Shown here: one piece after another, positions 9,667 to 20,601 of the stretch
Position numbering within the stretch: position 1 is the first letter of the stretch
Layout: every line of letters begins with the position of its first letter
Assembly (NCBI GenBank): GCA_963719225.1
Contig: CAVRAY010000001.1
Span: 3,712,001-3,776,000, forward strand
DNA from: Thermoanaerobaculia bacterium
GTDB taxonomy: Bacteria > Acidobacteriota > Thermoanaerobaculia > UBA5066
Direction: 5' to 3'
DNA: 64,000 bases
Position numbers and translations under genes: made by a program
Notes under the pieces: generated by a model
The model's input: the letters and a program-made list of their open reading frames with translations, nothing else
Databases searched by the model: none
What the model was told of the DNA's origin: nothing

Positions 9667-9940
9667 GAGTATAGAGATCCTCACGCGTCCATCCGCGGTC
9701 CTTCGGCGGACGGCGGCCTTTCCAGCTCAGATTTCGTTTTTGCTGTCGGGCCGTCGAGGCGTCGAACAGGGAGAGCCGTTCTTCGACGCTGAGCTTCGGA
9801 CGCGTCTCCCGCCCCGCGACTTCGACCCGGACGGCATCGCCTGCAGGCTTCCAGCTGATTTCATCGCCGGGGCGAATTCCGTACTGATCCGCAATGGCCT
9901 TCGGAACGGTGACTTGGAGCTTGCTCGTGACCTTCGACAT
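9650..9940 (-). CDS. AbrB/MazE-family antitoxin
   Basis: SKVTSKLQVTVPKAI...GIRPGDEI AbrB fold; C-terminal WTREDLY typical of PIN-associated antitoxins. Confidence 0.88.
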   Translation of the reverse strand: MSKVTSKLQVTVPKAIADQYGIRPGDEISWKPAGDAVRVEVAGRETRPKLSVEERLSLFDASTARQQKRNLSWKGRRPPKDRGWTREDLYTRGLPR

Positions 9941-9941
9941 A

Positions 9942-9974
9942 TCCTTACTCTAGCAAGGACGGAATCCTTGTCAA
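9942..9974 (-). promoter_or_regulatory. Promoter/operator of the AbrB-PIN operon
   Basis: Minus-strand TTGACA (9974-9969), 16 nt, TAGAGT (9952-9947), ATG 6 nt later; CAAGGA/TCCTTG inverted repeats overlap it. Confidence 0.6.
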
Positions 9975-9976
9975 CC

Positions 9977-11209
9977 TCACTCGTACCGCAGCGCGTCCGC
10001 CGGATTCATCCTCGCGGCGCGGCGCGCGGGGAGCGCGGAAGCGCCCAGGACGAGCAGGAGACCGATCGCGAGGATCCCGAGAACGTGCAGGGGCTCGGGC
10101 CGGAACGGCATCCACGAGAGGTAATACACTTTCGCGATCTCGGGCGGAAAGCGCACGACGCGGAAACCCGTGAGGAGCGCGCACACGAGGGTTCCGAAGG
10201 CGACGCCGAGCGCGAGCCCCGTGCCGCCGAGCAGCATGCCCGAAAGCCGAAAGGCGCGCGCCACCAGGGCGGGCGGCGCGCCGAGCGCCGCAAGGACGCC
10301 GACTTCCCGCGTCTTCTCCGCGAGAAGGACGACGAGCGAAGAGACCACGGTGCCGGCCGCCACGGCCACGATGAGCGTGAGGACGACGAACAGCAGCGTC
10401 TGCTGGACCGCGAGCGCCTCGAAGAGATCGCGGTTCAGGATCTTCCAATCGAGCACGGTGGCGTTCTCGCCCAGGAGCTTCCGCGCCGCGGCCACGGTTT
10501 CCGAAGAGAGGGAAGGACGGACGAGCTTCATCTCCCAGACGCCCTGACGCGCGCCCGGGGGCGCGAGCCGTTCGAAGACCGGGAGCGGCACGACGGCCCA
10601 CCCGTCGTCCACCTCGGAGAACCCGGTCTCCACGACGGCGGCCACGGAAAGCGGAGTCCGCGCCGGCACGGCAAGACCGGCCGCGAGCGCGGCGGAGGAG
10701 GTCTCGAGGGCCAGCGCACCGCCCGCGGAAACCCCGAGCTTCCTCGCGAGCCCCACTCCGAGGAGAACGGGGGTTTTCCCCTTCGCCTCGAGCTGGGCGA
10801 AAGCGTTCGCAAGGCCCGGCACCGCGCCCAGGAGTCGCGTCGTCGCGAGGCCCTCGGGCACCTCGAGCGCCTTCACGAGAGCGTCGACGCCCTCCGGCGT
10901 CCGTGAGGACAGGAGAAGGGCCGGCGCGAATGCCGTGCGCGCCACCGCCGTCACGTTCGGGAGGGACCGCAACTGCGCGCGCTGCGCCTCGACGTTCGCG
11001 CCCGGTTCCGGCACGGCGATCACCTCCGCGCTCGTGCCGGCGAGCTTCTCGGCAAGATCGTGGCGGTAACCGGACATGAGGCCCATGGCGACCACGAGCG
11101 ACGCGGCTCCCAGGGCGACTCCGAAGAGAGCGAGGAGCGAGACCGTCTTCGGCAGCCCGCGCCGGCTGCCGAAGAGGAACCGCTTTGCGAGGAATGCGGA
11201 AACGTGCAC
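9977..11209 (-). CDS. LolC/E-like ABC transporter permease (MacB_PCD + FtsX)
   Basis: GVALGAASLVVAMGLMSG, periplasmic domain, EKTREVGVLAALGA, PARRAARMNPADALRYE. Start uncertain. Confidence 0.85.
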   Translation of the reverse strand: MHVSAFLAKRFLFGSRRGLPKTVSLLALFGVALGAASLVVAMGLMSGYRHDLAEKLAGTSAEVIAVPEPGANVEAQRAQLRSLPNVTAVARTAFAPALLLSSRTPEGVDALVKALEVPEGLATTRLLGAVPGLANAFAQLEAKGKTPVLLGVGLARKLGVSAGGALALETSSAALAAGLAVPARTPLSVAAVVETGFSEVDDGWAVVPLPVFERLAPPGARQGVWEMKLVRPSLSSETVAAARKLLGENATVLDWKILNRDLFEALAVQQTLLFVVLTLIVAVAAGTVVSSLVVLLAEKTREVGVLAALGAPPALVARAFRLSGMLLGGTGLALGVAFGTLVCALLTGFRVVRFPPEIAKVYYLSWMPFRPEPLHVLGILAIGLLLVLGASALPARRAARMNPADALRYE

Positions 11210-11214
11210 GCGGC

Positions 11215-12075
11215 CTAGTTCTTCCACTCCTCCCGCTGCACCTTCCACGCGCCGCCTTCCTTGACCATGTGGACCGTGCCGTTCGCGACCTTGCCGTCCT
11301 GCTTGCCGTTGACGGTCAGCTCCGCCGTGTCGCCCTTCTCGGCGACCTTCAGGACTTTGATGTCCGTCGCAGACATCAACTTGATCATGCCGACCATCTT
11401 CTTCGCGTCCGGGCTGTCGAGGCTCGTCGCCTGATCCTTCGTCATAAATTTTTTCATCGCACCGAGGTCCTCTTTCTGGATGGCCTGAAGGAAGTCCGCG
11501 TAGACCTTCGCCTGCGGGCTCTTCTGTGCGGCCGACGTCTCCGCCGCAGACGGCGGCACGGGCTTGGCCTTGCGCGTGATGTCGGCCTTGAACGCCACGT
11601 CGAAGGCATACGTGTTTCCGAAGAACTCGTGCGGTTTCGCGCTCCTGTATCGGCCGTCGATGGTCTTTCCATCGAACGTTTTCTTGTCGAAGACGTCATC
11701 GCTGGACAGGCCGCTCGGGCTGGCCTTCATGAAGCCGTCGTGCCGGAAAGACGTCGAGATGGGCTTCGCATCCGCGCCGAAGGTGATCTCGAACGCGTGG
11801 AGCTTGCCCGCGTCGGCCATCTTGATCCGCTCGAACTCGTCCTCGAGCGCTTTCGCGTCGAGCGGCACGTCACTGACGATCACGGTGACGTCTTCCTTCG
11901 TCTTGTCGAAGAAACCCGGTGCCGCGAACGCATAGGCGTACTTCACGTCCGTCGTCTTGCCGTTGACGGTGAGCTTGCCCTCCGCCTTTCCGTCGGCGGC
12001 GGCGGCCCCTGACGCCAGGATCGCGACGGATGCGAGAACGAATCCAGCGAAAAACACACGAACTCCTGAACTCAT
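11215..12075 (-). CDS. Secreted hypothetical protein (C-terminal NTF2/DUF4878-like region)
   Basis: Signal peptide after ATG 12075 with AAGGAG SD; Lys-rich, strong GC3 codon bias; ends MVKEGGAWKV. Confidence 0.7.
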   Translation of the reverse strand: MSSGVRVFFAGFVLASVAILASGAAAADGKAEGKLTVNGKTTDVKYAYAFAAPGFFDKTKEDVTVIVSDVPLDAKALEDEFERIKMADAGKLHAFEITFGADAKPISTSFRHDGFMKASPSGLSSDDVFDKKTFDGKTIDGRYRSAKPHEFFGNTYAFDVAFKADITRKAKPVPPSAAETSAAQKSPQAKVYADFLQAIQKEDLGAMKKFMTKDQATSLDSPDAKKMVGMIKLMSATDIKVLKVAEKGDTAELTVNGKQDGKVANGTVHMVKEGGAWKVQREEWKN

Positions 12076-12100
12076 CTGGTGCTCCTTTGCCTCGAACACG

Positions 12101-13210
12101 TCATTCCCCTTCACCGCGCGTCACGAGGCTCACGAACTCGTCGAACAGGGCGTCGGAGTCGTGCGGTCCGGGGGCGGATTCCGGGTGGTACTGAACGGCG
12201 AAGACGGGACGATCCGTCGTCCGGAAGCCCTCGCACGTGCCGTCATTGAGGTTCACGTGCGTGAGCTCGACGTTGGGCGGCAGCGAATCGGCCGCGACCG
12301 AGAAGCCGTGGTTCTGGGAGGTGATCGCGACGCGCCCGGTCTGGAGGTTCTTGACGGGATGGTTCGCGCCCCGGTGGCCGAACTTGAGCTTGTACGTCGT
12401 GCCGCCGAGCGCAAGGCCCAGGAGCTGCTGCCCGAGACAGATTCCGAACACGGGCTTGCCGGACTCGACGAGGCGCTTCACTTCCGCGACGCACGACGGC
12501 AGCGCGTCGGGATCGCCGGGCCCGTTCGAAAGAAAGTACCCGTCGAACCCGCCGGCGAGCATCTCCCCGGCGGTCGCCGCCGCGGGAAAGACCGTGGGCT
12601 CGAGGCCCCGCGCGGCGAGCATCCTCAGGATGTTTCTCTTGATGCCGTAGTCGATGGCCGCCACGCGTCCTTTTCGCGGGACGCCCGCGGGCAGGGGAAA
12701 ACCGTAGCGTGCCGTGGTTCCGACGGTGAGCGCGAGGGCGGCTCCCGCCATCGTGGGCTGCTCCCTCACCCGTTCGACGAGCGCCTGGGCGTCGGCATCC
12801 GAGGCGGTTTCGGTGGAGATCGCGCCGCGCATGACGCCCCGGCTCCTGAGGTGCCGCACGAGAGCCCGGGCGTCGAGCTCGTCGATTCCCACGATGCCGC
12901 CCTCGAGGAGACCCTGGCCGATCGGCTCCTTGCCCCGGGCGTTCGAGAAGTGCTCCGGGAAATGCCGCGCGGCGAAGCCGGCGACCTGGATCCGCGACGA
13001 CTCGACGTCCTCGTCGTTGAGCCCGTAGTTGCCGATGTGCGCGGCCGTCATGACGACGATCTGCCCGCGATAGGACGGGTCGGTCAGCGTTTCCTGGTAC
13101 CCCGACATCCCCGTGTTGAAGACGACCTCGCCGAAGGTCGTTCCCGCCGACCCGGCGGCGCGGCCCGAAAAGGTCCGGCCGTCCTCGAGGACGAGGACCG
13201 CGCGGCTCAC
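12101..13210 (-). CDS. carA: Carbamoyl-phosphate synthase small subunit
   Basis: GEVVFNTGMSGYQETLTDPSY, LSNGPGDP, GICLGQQ, QNHGF, QYHPE motifs. Confidence 0.97.
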   Translation of the reverse strand: MSRAVLVLEDGRTFSGRAAGSAGTTFGEVVFNTGMSGYQETLTDPSYRGQIVVMTAAHIGNYGLNDEDVESSRIQVAGFAARHFPEHFSNARGKEPIGQGLLEGGIVGIDELDARALVRHLRSRGVMRGAISTETASDADAQALVERVREQPTMAGAALALTVGTTARYGFPLPAGVPRKGRVAAIDYGIKRNILRMLAARGLEPTVFPAAATAGEMLAGGFDGYFLSNGPGDPDALPSCVAEVKRLVESGKPVFGICLGQQLLGLALGGTTYKLKFGHRGANHPVKNLQTGRVAITSQNHGFSVAADSLPPNVELTHVNLNDGTCEGFRTTDRPVFAVQYHPESAPGPHDSDALFDEFVSLVTRGEGE

Positions 13211-14220
13211 GCGGTCCTCCCGACCGCCGACGCGATGGGACGGATCTGGTCCATGAGCTCACTGAACATGTCGGGCGTGAGCGCCTGCGGACCGTCCGAC
13301 AGAGCTTCGGCCGGCTTGTGGTGAACCTCGACCGCGATGCCGTCGGCGCCGGCCGCGATCGACGCGCGCGACATGGGCACGACCTTGTCGCGGCGCCCCG
13401 TTCCATGGGACGGGTCCACGACGATCGGCAGATGCGAGAGACGCTCGACGGCCGGCACGACCGAGAGGTCGAGCGTGTTGCGCGTGAAATCGGAGAACGT
13501 GCGGATGCCTCGCTCGCACAGGACGACGTTGGGGTTGCCCTCGGAGAGGACGTACTCGGCCGCCAGCAGGAACTCCTCGAGCGTGGCTGACATTCCGCGT
13601 TTCAGAAGCACGGGTTTCCCGGTGCGGCCCGCCTTCTTCAGGAGCTCGAAATTCTGCATGTTGCGCGCGCCGACCTGGAGGCAGTCGGCGTACGAGGCCA
13701 CGAGGTCGACCGTCTCGGTGTCGAGCACCTCGGTGACGACGGGAAGGCCCGTCGCCTCGCGTGCTTCCGCGAGGATCTTCAGGCCCTCTTCGGCGAGACC
13801 CTGAAAAGCGTACGGAGAGGTCCTGGGCTTGTAGGCGCCGCCTCGCAGGAGGTCGGCGCCGCGCGCCTTCACCTCGCGTGCGATCGTGAGGGTCTGCTCG
13901 CGGCTCTCGACGGCGCAGGGACCCGCGATGACGACGACGTGGGTTCCACCGACGGGGACGCCCCCGATGGAGACGATGGTGTCCTCGGGATGGAACTCGC
14001 GCGAGACGAGCTTGTACGGGTGCGAAACCCGGATGACCTCGAGAACGCCCGGCAGGCTCTCGAACGCGGCCGGCCCCACGGTGCCCTTGTTGCCCGTGAT
14101 CCCCACCGCCGTGCGCTGCGCGCCCGGGATCGGATGAGCTTTGAGCCCGAGGCGTTCCGCGGCGGCGACGACGCGTCCGACGTCTTCGCCCGTGGCGCTC
14201 CGGTCCATGACGATCAGCAC
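13207..14220 (-). CDS. aroF: DAHP synthase (type I-beta, N-terminal regulatory domain)
   Basis: [49 protein letters not shown]. Confidence 0.95.
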   Translation of the reverse strand: MLIVMDRSATGEDVGRVVAAAERLGLKAHPIPGAQRTAVGITGNKGTVGPAAFESLPGVLEVIRVSHPYKLVSREFHPEDTIVSIGGVPVGGTHVVVIAGPCAVESREQTLTIAREVKARGADLLRGGAYKPRTSPYAFQGLAEEGLKILAEAREATGLPVVTEVLDTETVDLVASYADCLQVGARNMQNFELLKKAGRTGKPVLLKRGMSATLEEFLLAAEYVLSEGNPNVVLCERGIRTFSDFTRNTLDLSVVPAVERLSHLPIVVDPSHGTGRRDKVVPMSRASIAAGADGIAVEVHHKPAEALSDGPQALTPDMFSELMDQIRPIASAVGRTA

Positions 14221-14298
14221 GCGGAGGGTCCTCTCTTCCGGCGACGTTTATACTTCATCCCGCCGCGTCTCCTTCCATGGCGGCTCCCGGAGGCACCG

Positions 14299-15084
14299 AT
14301 GTCCCCACGCGCGCGCATTTCCCTCCTCCCGGCCGCGGCTCTCGTCGTCGCGGCGTTCTGGGCCATTCCCGCCGAGGCAACGTACGTGATCTACACGAAG
14401 GACGGCCATCGGATCGAAGCGCGGGACAAGCCGGTCGTCCAGGGGCGGCGCGTCATCTACATGACGCCCCTCGGCACGTCCCAGACGATCGCGTTCGACG
14501 AATGGGATCAGGAGCGCAGCGAGAAGGCGAACCGCGAGGGTTTCGGCGGCGCCTATGTCCTCGACGATCCGGGCGGGCAACGGTCCTCTCTGCCCGCTCC
14601 GGAAGCGAAGAAGCCCTCCCTCTCGGAATACATCAGGAAGCATGGCCGGCCGCTGGATGCCGAGCGCCCGGAGCCTCGAACCGGCGTCGTGTCCGAACGG
14701 GAGACGCGCGCGCCGCGCGCCGCGGCCGGCAAGGCGATCGAGCCGCCGCCCGTCGTCCTCGACCCCGTGATCAGCGACGCCTTCATGCGCGCTCTCGACG
14801 GAAGCAACGTGAAGGGCGTCAAGCTCGGGAACCTTCCCTCAGCCCTGCGCGTCCAGGCCGTCACGGACAACGAGCAGCAGGTCTTCCTCGCCCTCATGGC
14901 GTCGGCGCGAGGCCTGAAGGAAGCACGCGCCGCGGGCAAGCCCCTCGAAAAGGTGGAAGTCCTCCTCGCGACGGCCGCCGGAGAGACGGCCGCGCACTTC
15001 GAGGTCTCGCCCGACGACGCGGACGCTCTTCTCAACGGGCGCATCTCGCCCTCGAAATATTTCGTGACGCGCGTGATCTTCTGA
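14299..15084 (+). CDS. Secreted hypothetical protein
   Basis: GGAGG SD then MSPRARISLLPAAALVVAAFWAIPAEA signal peptide; GC3-biased codons. Confidence 0.7.
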   Translation: MSPRARISLLPAAALVVAAFWAIPAEATYVIYTKDGHRIEARDKPVVQGRRVIYMTPLGTSQTIAFDEWDQERSEKANREGFGGAYVLDDPGGQRSSLPAPEAKKPSLSEYIRKHGRPLDAERPEPRTGVVSERETRAPRAAAGKAIEPPPVVLDPVISDAFMRALDGSNVKGVKLGNLPSALRVQAVTDNEQQVFLALMASARGLKEARAAGKPLEKVEVLLATAAGETAAHFEVSPDDADALLNGRISPSKYFVTRVIF

Positions 15085-15091
15085 AATTCCG

Positions 15092-15436
15092 ATGGACGCC
15101 GGCACGCTCGTCCTCGTCCACCTCGTCCAGCCCAAGGAGAAGTACTGGGGCGTGCTTCTGGCGCTCGGCCCCGCGGGCCTGACGCTGCGAGGTCTCGAGC
15201 TCGACCTGTTCGACGACTGGGCCCGACAGCAGAGGCCCGGTTCCGACGCCGAGCTGGGGGTCGCGACGCTCTTCGTCCCGCTTCACCGGATCGAGAAGCT
15301 GTTCGAGGACGCGCGCGTGGGGAGCGTCGCGAGCTACGCCGAGCGGTTCTTCGAGATCGTGGGCTCGGACGTGCGGAGCTTCCTCGGTCCGCAGGTGGCG
15401 CACGCCGCCCCGCCCGCCACCTCGCGCCCGAACTGA
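15092..15436 (+). CDS. Small conserved hypothetical protein (possible Sm/SH3-like beta fold)
   Basis: Compact ORF 7 nt after the previous stop; beta-rich pattern VLVHL..PKEKYWGVL...LFVPLHRIEK. Confidence 0.7.
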   Translation: MDAGTLVLVHLVQPKEKYWGVLLALGPAGLTLRGLELDLFDDWARQQRPGSDAELGVATLFVPLHRIEKLFEDARVGSVASYAERFFEIVGSDVRSFLGPQVAHAAPPATSRPN

Positions 15437-15442
15437 GGCTCC

Positions 15443-16870
15443 TCAGACCGTTTTCGTCCTCTTCTCCGACAGCTCGAGGAGAATGCCGCCCGTCGCGGAC
15501 GGATGGACGAACGCCACGAGACAATCGTGCGCGCCGTCGAAGGGCTCCTCGTTCACGAGCCTCACGCCCGCGGTCTTGAGCCGCGCGAGGACCGAGCGCA
15601 CGTCCGTCACCTCGAGGCACAGATGGTGGATTCCCGGTCCGCGCGTCGCGAGCGCCCTCGCGACCGGCCCTTCGGGCGACGTCGACTCGAGGAGCTCGAG
15701 GTGCGACTCCCCGACCGCGCGGAACGACGTCACGACCTCTTGAGACGCGACCTCCTCCCGATGCTCCTCGACGAGGCCGAGGAGGTCCCAGAACGCTCCG
15801 CCTTTCTCGAGCGACGGAACGGAGATGCCGAGGTGGGAGATGCGGGAGACGAGAGAAGGGACCGGGGATGAAGATTTCTGAGAAGGTGAAGAGGGGTGAG
15901 GAGGGGCGTCGGCGGCGCCGCTTTCGAGGCGGTCGAGTAGGCTGCGCGCGGCGCTCAACGGATCTTCCGCCCGCGCCTCCACGCGCTCCGCAGCAGCCTC
16001 GAGCGCTCCACGGTCTCCCCTGAGCCTCTCTACCCTTCTAAGAAAATCTTCTTTGATCAACCCCTCGATTCGCATCTTCGTCCGCTCGACGCGCCGCGCG
16101 GCGCCCTGCGGCCCGTCGAGGAAGGCGCGGTGCTCCGCGAGCTTCGCGGCCAGCTCGTCGAGTCCCGCGCCGGTCGTGGCGACCGTCTTCACGACCGGCG
16201 GCACCCAGGCCCCGTGCTCGCCGAGCTCGAGCATCTGCAGGATCTCCTGGACGACGCGGTCCGCTCCGTCGCGGTCGGCCTTGTTCACGACGAAGAGGTC
16301 CGCGACCTCCATGAGGCCCGCCTTGATCGCCTGGATGTCGTCCCCCATGCCGGGTGTCAGGACGACGACGCAGGTCTGGGCGAGCCGGAAGACCTCGACC
16401 TCGTCCTGACCGACGCCCACCGTCTCGACGAGGATCTCGTCGTAGCCCGCGGCGTCGAGAACGTCCACGGCATCGGCCGACGCGCGCGCGAGGCCGCCGA
16501 GATGGCCGCGCGTCGCCATCGACCGGATGAGGACGCCGGGATCCGTGTAGAGGCCCTGCATCCGGATGCGGTCGCCCAGGATCGCCCCGCCCGAGAACGG
16601 CGACGACGGGTCCACCGCGACGATGCCGACCTTTCGTCCGAGGGCGCGGGCCTTGCGCGCGAGCGCAGCCGTCAGCGTGGACTTGCCGGCCCCAGGAGAG
16701 CCGGTCAGCCCCGTCACGCGTGCGCCGCCCGTTTTCGGAAAGACGAGAGCGAGGAGCTCGCGAAAACGGGGATCTCCGGCTTCGGCCCACGTGATCGCGC
16801 GCGCGACCGCGGGCACGCGCCCCTCGAGGACGCCTTCGGCGAGATCCTGTACAGCCCGCGGGACCGGCAT
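15443..16870 (-). CDS. meaB: MeaB/ArgK GTPase fused to methylmalonyl-CoA epimerase (VOC domain)
   Basis: GLTGSPGAGKST, AVDPSSPFSGGAILGDRIRM, ETVGVGQ, NKAD. C-terminal ISHLGISV...LELLE...GPGIHHLCLEV...AFVHP..TGGILLEL. Confidence 0.9.
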   Translation of the reverse strand: MPVPRAVQDLAEGVLEGRVPAVARAITWAEAGDPRFRELLALVFPKTGGARVTGLTGSPGAGKSTLTAALARKARALGRKVGIVAVDPSSPFSGGAILGDRIRMQGLYTDPGVLIRSMATRGHLGGLARASADAVDVLDAAGYDEILVETVGVGQDEVEVFRLAQTCVVVLTPGMGDDIQAIKAGLMEVADLFVVNKADRDGADRVVQEILQMLELGEHGAWVPPVVKTVATTGAGLDELAAKLAEHRAFLDGPQGAARRVERTKMRIEGLIKEDFLRRVERLRGDRGALEAAAERVEARAEDPLSAARSLLDRLESGAADAPPHPSSPSQKSSSPVPSLVSRISHLGISVPSLEKGGAFWDLLGLVEEHREEVASQEVVTSFRAVGESHLELLESTSPEGPVARALATRGPGIHHLCLEVTDVRSVLARLKTAGVRLVNEEPFDGAHDCLVAFVHPSATGGILLELSEKRTKTV

Positions 16871-16912
16871 CTTCGAAGTGTAGTCGACCGCGAGGCCTAG
16901 AATGACCGCCCC

Positions 16913-19003
16913 ATGGAGTCGGGAACGGCCGCCCTCGTCCCGGTGCTTTCGGAGATCGCCCGCGTCGCGTCGGAGACGCTCGAGCTCGACGTCGTCTTCC
17001 AGCGCATCTCGGCGGCGGCGGCGCGGGTTCTCGCCTTCGACGCGATGACCCTGACCTATAACGAGGGAGGAACGGGATTCTCCCTCTACACGATCGCAGG
17101 CCCGACGCTGAACGACGAGGAGCGTCGCGCATACGCGCGCTTCGTCCCGCGAAAGGATTATTCGCCTGCGCTCTGGGCCTTGTTGACGCGCGCGGGACGC
17201 ACGGACGACCTCCATTCCTTCTTCGACACGTCCTTCCCTCGAGACCAGGACCTCAAGGACGCGAAGATCCGGTCGATGCTTCGCGTGCCGCTCACCGGCA
17301 CGTCGCGCGACGGCTACCTGTCGCTTCTGAGCCTCAAGCCGGGGGCCTATACCGAGGTAGACGAGGTCCTCGTACGGCCGATCGCGGACGTCATCGCGAT
17401 GGCGTTCGAGCACGAGCGCCTCGCCTCGGACGAAAAGGACCGGCGCCGGAAGTACGAAGCGCTGCAGGCTCTCGCGCCGGCGCTCGCAAAGGCGCTCGAC
17501 GTGCGCGACGTCTTCGACCGGATCTCGGAGATCGTCCGGCCCGTCGTCCCGCACGACCGCATGGCGCTCGGCCTTCTCACCGAGGATCGCGCGGCCGTGC
17601 GCGTTTACGCGATCTCGGGCACCGGCTTCCCGGAGATCAGGGAGCCGATCCGGCTGACGCCTGCCGACCGGGCGCGCGAAGACTGGTCGACCGAGATCGT
17701 CCGTGACGTGCTCGCCGAGCTGGACCCCGCATCCGACAAATGTCGGCACCTCACTGCGGATGGGGCGCGCTCCATTCTGCGCGTGCCCATCTTCTTCGAA
17801 GGCCATTGGCAGTTCGCCGGTGGCCTGCTCTTCATCTCGCGCACGCCGAACACGTACGGCGAGGACGACATCCCCTTCGCCCGGCACGTCGCCGACCAGG
17901 TCGCCCTCGCGCTCTCCCACCAGCGCCTCGCGGAGGAGGCACGCCGAGCGGCCGACGCTCGCGCGGAAGCGGACACGCTCGAGAAGAGGGTGGCCGTCCT
18001 TTCCGTGGAGCTCGCATCGCGCGGCGGATTCGACCGGATCGTGGGAACGTCGAAGGGCTGGCACGACGTCCTCGTCCAGGCCGGCAAGGTCGCGCCCCTC
18101 GAGACGACCGTCCTCCTGACCGGCGAATCCGGCACCGGCAAGGAAGTCGTCGCCCGCGCGATCCACCGGAGCTCGGCGCGCGCGGCCGGCCCGTTCATCG
18201 CACTCAACGGGGCCGCGTTGCCGGATCAGCTCCTCGAGTCGGAGCTCTTCGGCTACGAGAAGGGCGCATTCACGGGCGCGACGGGCGGAAAGCCCGGCCG
18301 TCTCGAGCAGGCCGCCGGCGGCACGCTCTTCCTCGACGAGGCGGGCGAAATGAGCCCGGCCGTGCAGGCGAAGCTCCTGCGCGTTCTCGAGGAGCGCGAG
18401 TTCCAGCGGCTCGGAGGGACGAAGGTCCTCAAGACCGACGCGCGCGTCATCGCCGCCACGAACCGGGATCTCGCCCGCGCGATCGAGAAGGGCGAGTTCC
18501 GGGAGGACCTCTTCTACAGGCTCTCCGTCTTCGGGATTCACCTTCCACCCCTGCGCGAACGGCCGGAGGACATTTTGCCGCTCACCGAGATGTTCCTCGC
18601 CGAGCTCGGCCCGGCGGTCGGCCGGCCCGTGCCTGGCGTCTCGCGCGAGGCGAAAGAGCTCCTGCTCGCTTACCCGTGGCCCGGCAACGTCCGGGAGCTC
18701 CGGAACGCGCTCGAGCGCGCGGCGATCCTCGTGGAGGGCGGCCTGATCACGGCAGCGCATCTCCCGATCTCCGTGACGCGCCAGGATTCCCTCCCCCGCG
18801 CCGCGGCGCCGGGCGCGGCCGCAGCTTTTCTTCCACCGGAGGGCCTCGACCTCGAATCGCTCGAGCGCGACTTCGTGAAAGAGGCTCTGAAGAAAGCGCG
18901 TTTCAACAAGAGCAAGGCCGCGAAGCTCCTCGGCCTGACGCGCGCGCAGCTCTACTCGCGCATCGAGAAGTACGGGCTCGAGGGAGGTCCGGGGGGAGAC
19001 TAG
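16913..19003 (+). CDS. Sigma54-dependent enhancer-binding protein with two GAF domains (FhlA/NifA-like)
   Basis: [45 protein letters not shown]-terminal Fis HTH. Confidence 0.93.
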   Translation: MESGTAALVPVLSEIARVASETLELDVVFQRISAAAARVLAFDAMTLTYNEGGTGFSLYTIAGPTLNDEERRAYARFVPRKDYSPALWALLTRAGRTDDLHSFFDTSFPRDQDLKDAKIRSMLRVPLTGTSRDGYLSLLSLKPGAYTEVDEVLVRPIADVIAMAFEHERLASDEKDRRRKYEALQALAPALAKALDVRDVFDRISEIVRPVVPHDRMALGLLTEDRAAVRVYAISGTGFPEIREPIRLTPADRAREDWSTEIVRDVLAELDPASDKCRHLTADGARSILRVPIFFEGHWQFAGGLLFISRTPNTYGEDDIPFARHVADQVALALSHQRLAEEARRAADARAEADTLEKRVAVLSVELASRGGFDRIVGTSKGWHDVLVQAGKVAPLETTVLLTGESGTGKEVVARAIHRSSARAAGPFIALNGAALPDQLLESELFGYEKGAFTGATGGKPGRLEQAAGGTLFLDEAGEMSPAVQAKLLRVLEEREFQRLGGTKVLKTDARVIAATNRDLARAIEKGEFREDLFYRLSVFGIHLPPLRERPEDILPLTEMFLAELGPAVGRPVPGVSREAKELLLAYPWPGNVRELRNALERAAILVEGGLITAAHLPISVTRQDSLPRAAAPGAAAAFLPPEGLDLESLERDFVKEALKKARFNKSKAAKLLGLTRAQLYSRIEKYGLEGGPGGD

Positions 19004-19026
19004 GAAATCTCCCCCGCGGCGGCACG

Positions 19027-19968
19027 CTACTTGTTCAGGCGGTAGGCCGTGAACTGCTCGCTCATACGCGAGGACTGATCCACCGTGAAGTTGTCCATGC
19101 AGGCGTCATCGGTGTAGTCCATGAAGTTCGTGATCGGGTCCTCGCCCGGAGCCTTCCGGTTCGTGCAGGAATCGCGGCCAACCGGACAGCCGAAGGCGGG
19201 CGATCTCTCGGCGTTGGTGTCGTCCACGTAGTCGCCCTTGCCGTTACACCCGCCCTGGAACGTGTGGTACAGGCCCATCCAGTGGCCCACCTCGTGCGTC
19301 GCAGTGTCGCCCTGGTCGTACGGAGACGCCGAACCGCCCGGGAGCGACGAGAAGAGAATGACGACTCCGTCGTTCGACGGAGCATGCCGGTAATCGGACG
19401 GGAACGTCGCCCAGCCCAGGAGGTTGTCTCCGATGTTCGCGGTGTAGATGTTGAGATCGTCCGCCGTGCCCTGCCGCAGCGCTCTCTTCGCCTGCCGTTC
19501 GGCCGTCGAGCCGGGAGTCATGGTGTACCAGGTCGCGTTCGTCGTCCGGTCCGTGGAGACGAGGGTGAACGAGACGCCCGACGGAAGGTAGGCGGCGTTC
19601 AGGACGTTGATCTGTTCGGCGATCTGAGAGTCCGGGACGTCCCCATTCTGGGTTCCGCTCCCACCCCTGATGACGTGAACGTACACCGGGATCTGGATGC
19701 CGGTGGCGAGGGATCGCCGTCCTCCTCGCTCGGCGAGTAGCTGCCGGGCCTCGACTTCGATGAACTCCTGCTCTTCGACGTCCACGTTGCGGGTGCCGCA
19801 GCGCCGTCCGCTCTCGATGAAGGCCCGTTGATCCACCCAGCTCGTGCCCTGGAAGACGAAGGGCTGACCCTCGCTCGGGCCTGGCCCCTGCGTGTCCCGC
19901 GGCATTTCGGCAAAGGCGGGAAGCGCGAGGAAGCAAAAAACCGTGAGAAGCCTCACCACCGACTTCAT
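19027..19968 (-). CDS. Secreted M43 (ulilysin/pappalysin-like) zinc metalloprotease
   Basis: Signal peptide, RCGT cysteine-switch-like propeptide, [11 protein letters not shown] zinc motif, NFMDY Met-turn. Confidence 0.92.
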   Translation of the reverse strand: MKSVVRLLTVFCFLALPAFAEMPRDTQGPGPSEGQPFVFQGTSWVDQRAFIESGRRCGTRNVDVEEQEFIEVEARQLLAERGGRRSLATGIQIPVYVHVIRGGSGTQNGDVPDSQIAEQINVLNAAYLPSGVSFTLVSTDRTTNATWYTMTPGSTAERQAKRALRQGTADDLNIYTANIGDNLLGWATFPSDYRHAPSNDGVVILFSSLPGGSASPYDQGDTATHEVGHWMGLYHTFQGGCNGKGDYVDDTNAERSPAFGCPVGRDSCTNRKAPGEDPITNFMDYTDDACMDNFTVDQSSRMSEQFTAYRLNK

Positions 19969-20068
19969 AGGACCTCCTGAGATTCGGACTCAAGATAGGT
20001 TCGCATTCCCGCTTTCGCCAGGAGAATTCTTACGCTTCACGGTCGAGGGGGTCGCGGCGTGAGCGAGG

Positions 20069-20485
20069 CTACGTCCGCGCTTCTTTCGCCGCCGCTTTCA
20101 TGACCGCGCTGATGCGATCGAACGCGGCGCGCCAGGCCTCCGCCGTCTCGGGCGTGAAGTCGGGGCCGAGGCGCTGCGCGAACATGCACAGGAGAGCCTC
20201 GCGGAACGTGTCGAAATGGACGTCCTTCGCCCCGTAGAGCACGTGGCGGCGTCCGAGCTCTCTGAGCGACTCGTCCACGGCGCCGTCGTCATCGAGACCC
20301 TTCAGCGCGAGGCCGAGAGCCACCACGAACATCGCCCCCTGGTTCTCGACGTCCGAGGAGAAGAGACTCCTCAGAGAGGGATCGAGCGCGAACAGAGTCT
20401 CGTAGAAATCCTTGCCGGCCCCACGGGGGATCGGTCGCAGACGGTCGAAGCTCCTCCTGACGAGAGCGATCTGCTCACGGGTCAT
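20069..20485 (-). CDS. Single-domain globin (flavohaemoglobin/Vgb-like)
   Basis: QIALVRRSF, FYETLFALDPSLRSLF, LGRRHVLYG, FTPETAEAW. Confidence 0.88.
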   Translation of the reverse strand: MTREQIALVRRSFDRLRPIPRGAGKDFYETLFALDPSLRSLFSSDVENQGAMFVVALGLALKGLDDDGAVDESLRELGRRHVLYGAKDVHFDTFREALLCMFAQRLGPDFTPETAEAWRAAFDRISAVMKAAAKEART

Positions 20486-20601
20486 CTCGCACCTCGCGAA
20501 GCTTCGCATGCACGACGCTCCGCACCCCGGAAGATACATCCCGCGGGCACGTCGCGACCCGATCCATTAGCACTATATTGATCGTCAGCGGAGGAGCGGG
20601 C

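Noticed and set aside
16871-18760. Upstream ~630 codons of the 1105-aa minus ORF 15443..18760
   Set aside because: Antisense shadow of the sigma54 activator; the real protein starts at 16870 (MeaB).
16871-20601. Sigma54 -24/-12 promoter near the enhancer-binding protein
   Set aside because: No convincing TGGCAC-N5-TTGC found by eye in the adjacent intergenic regions.
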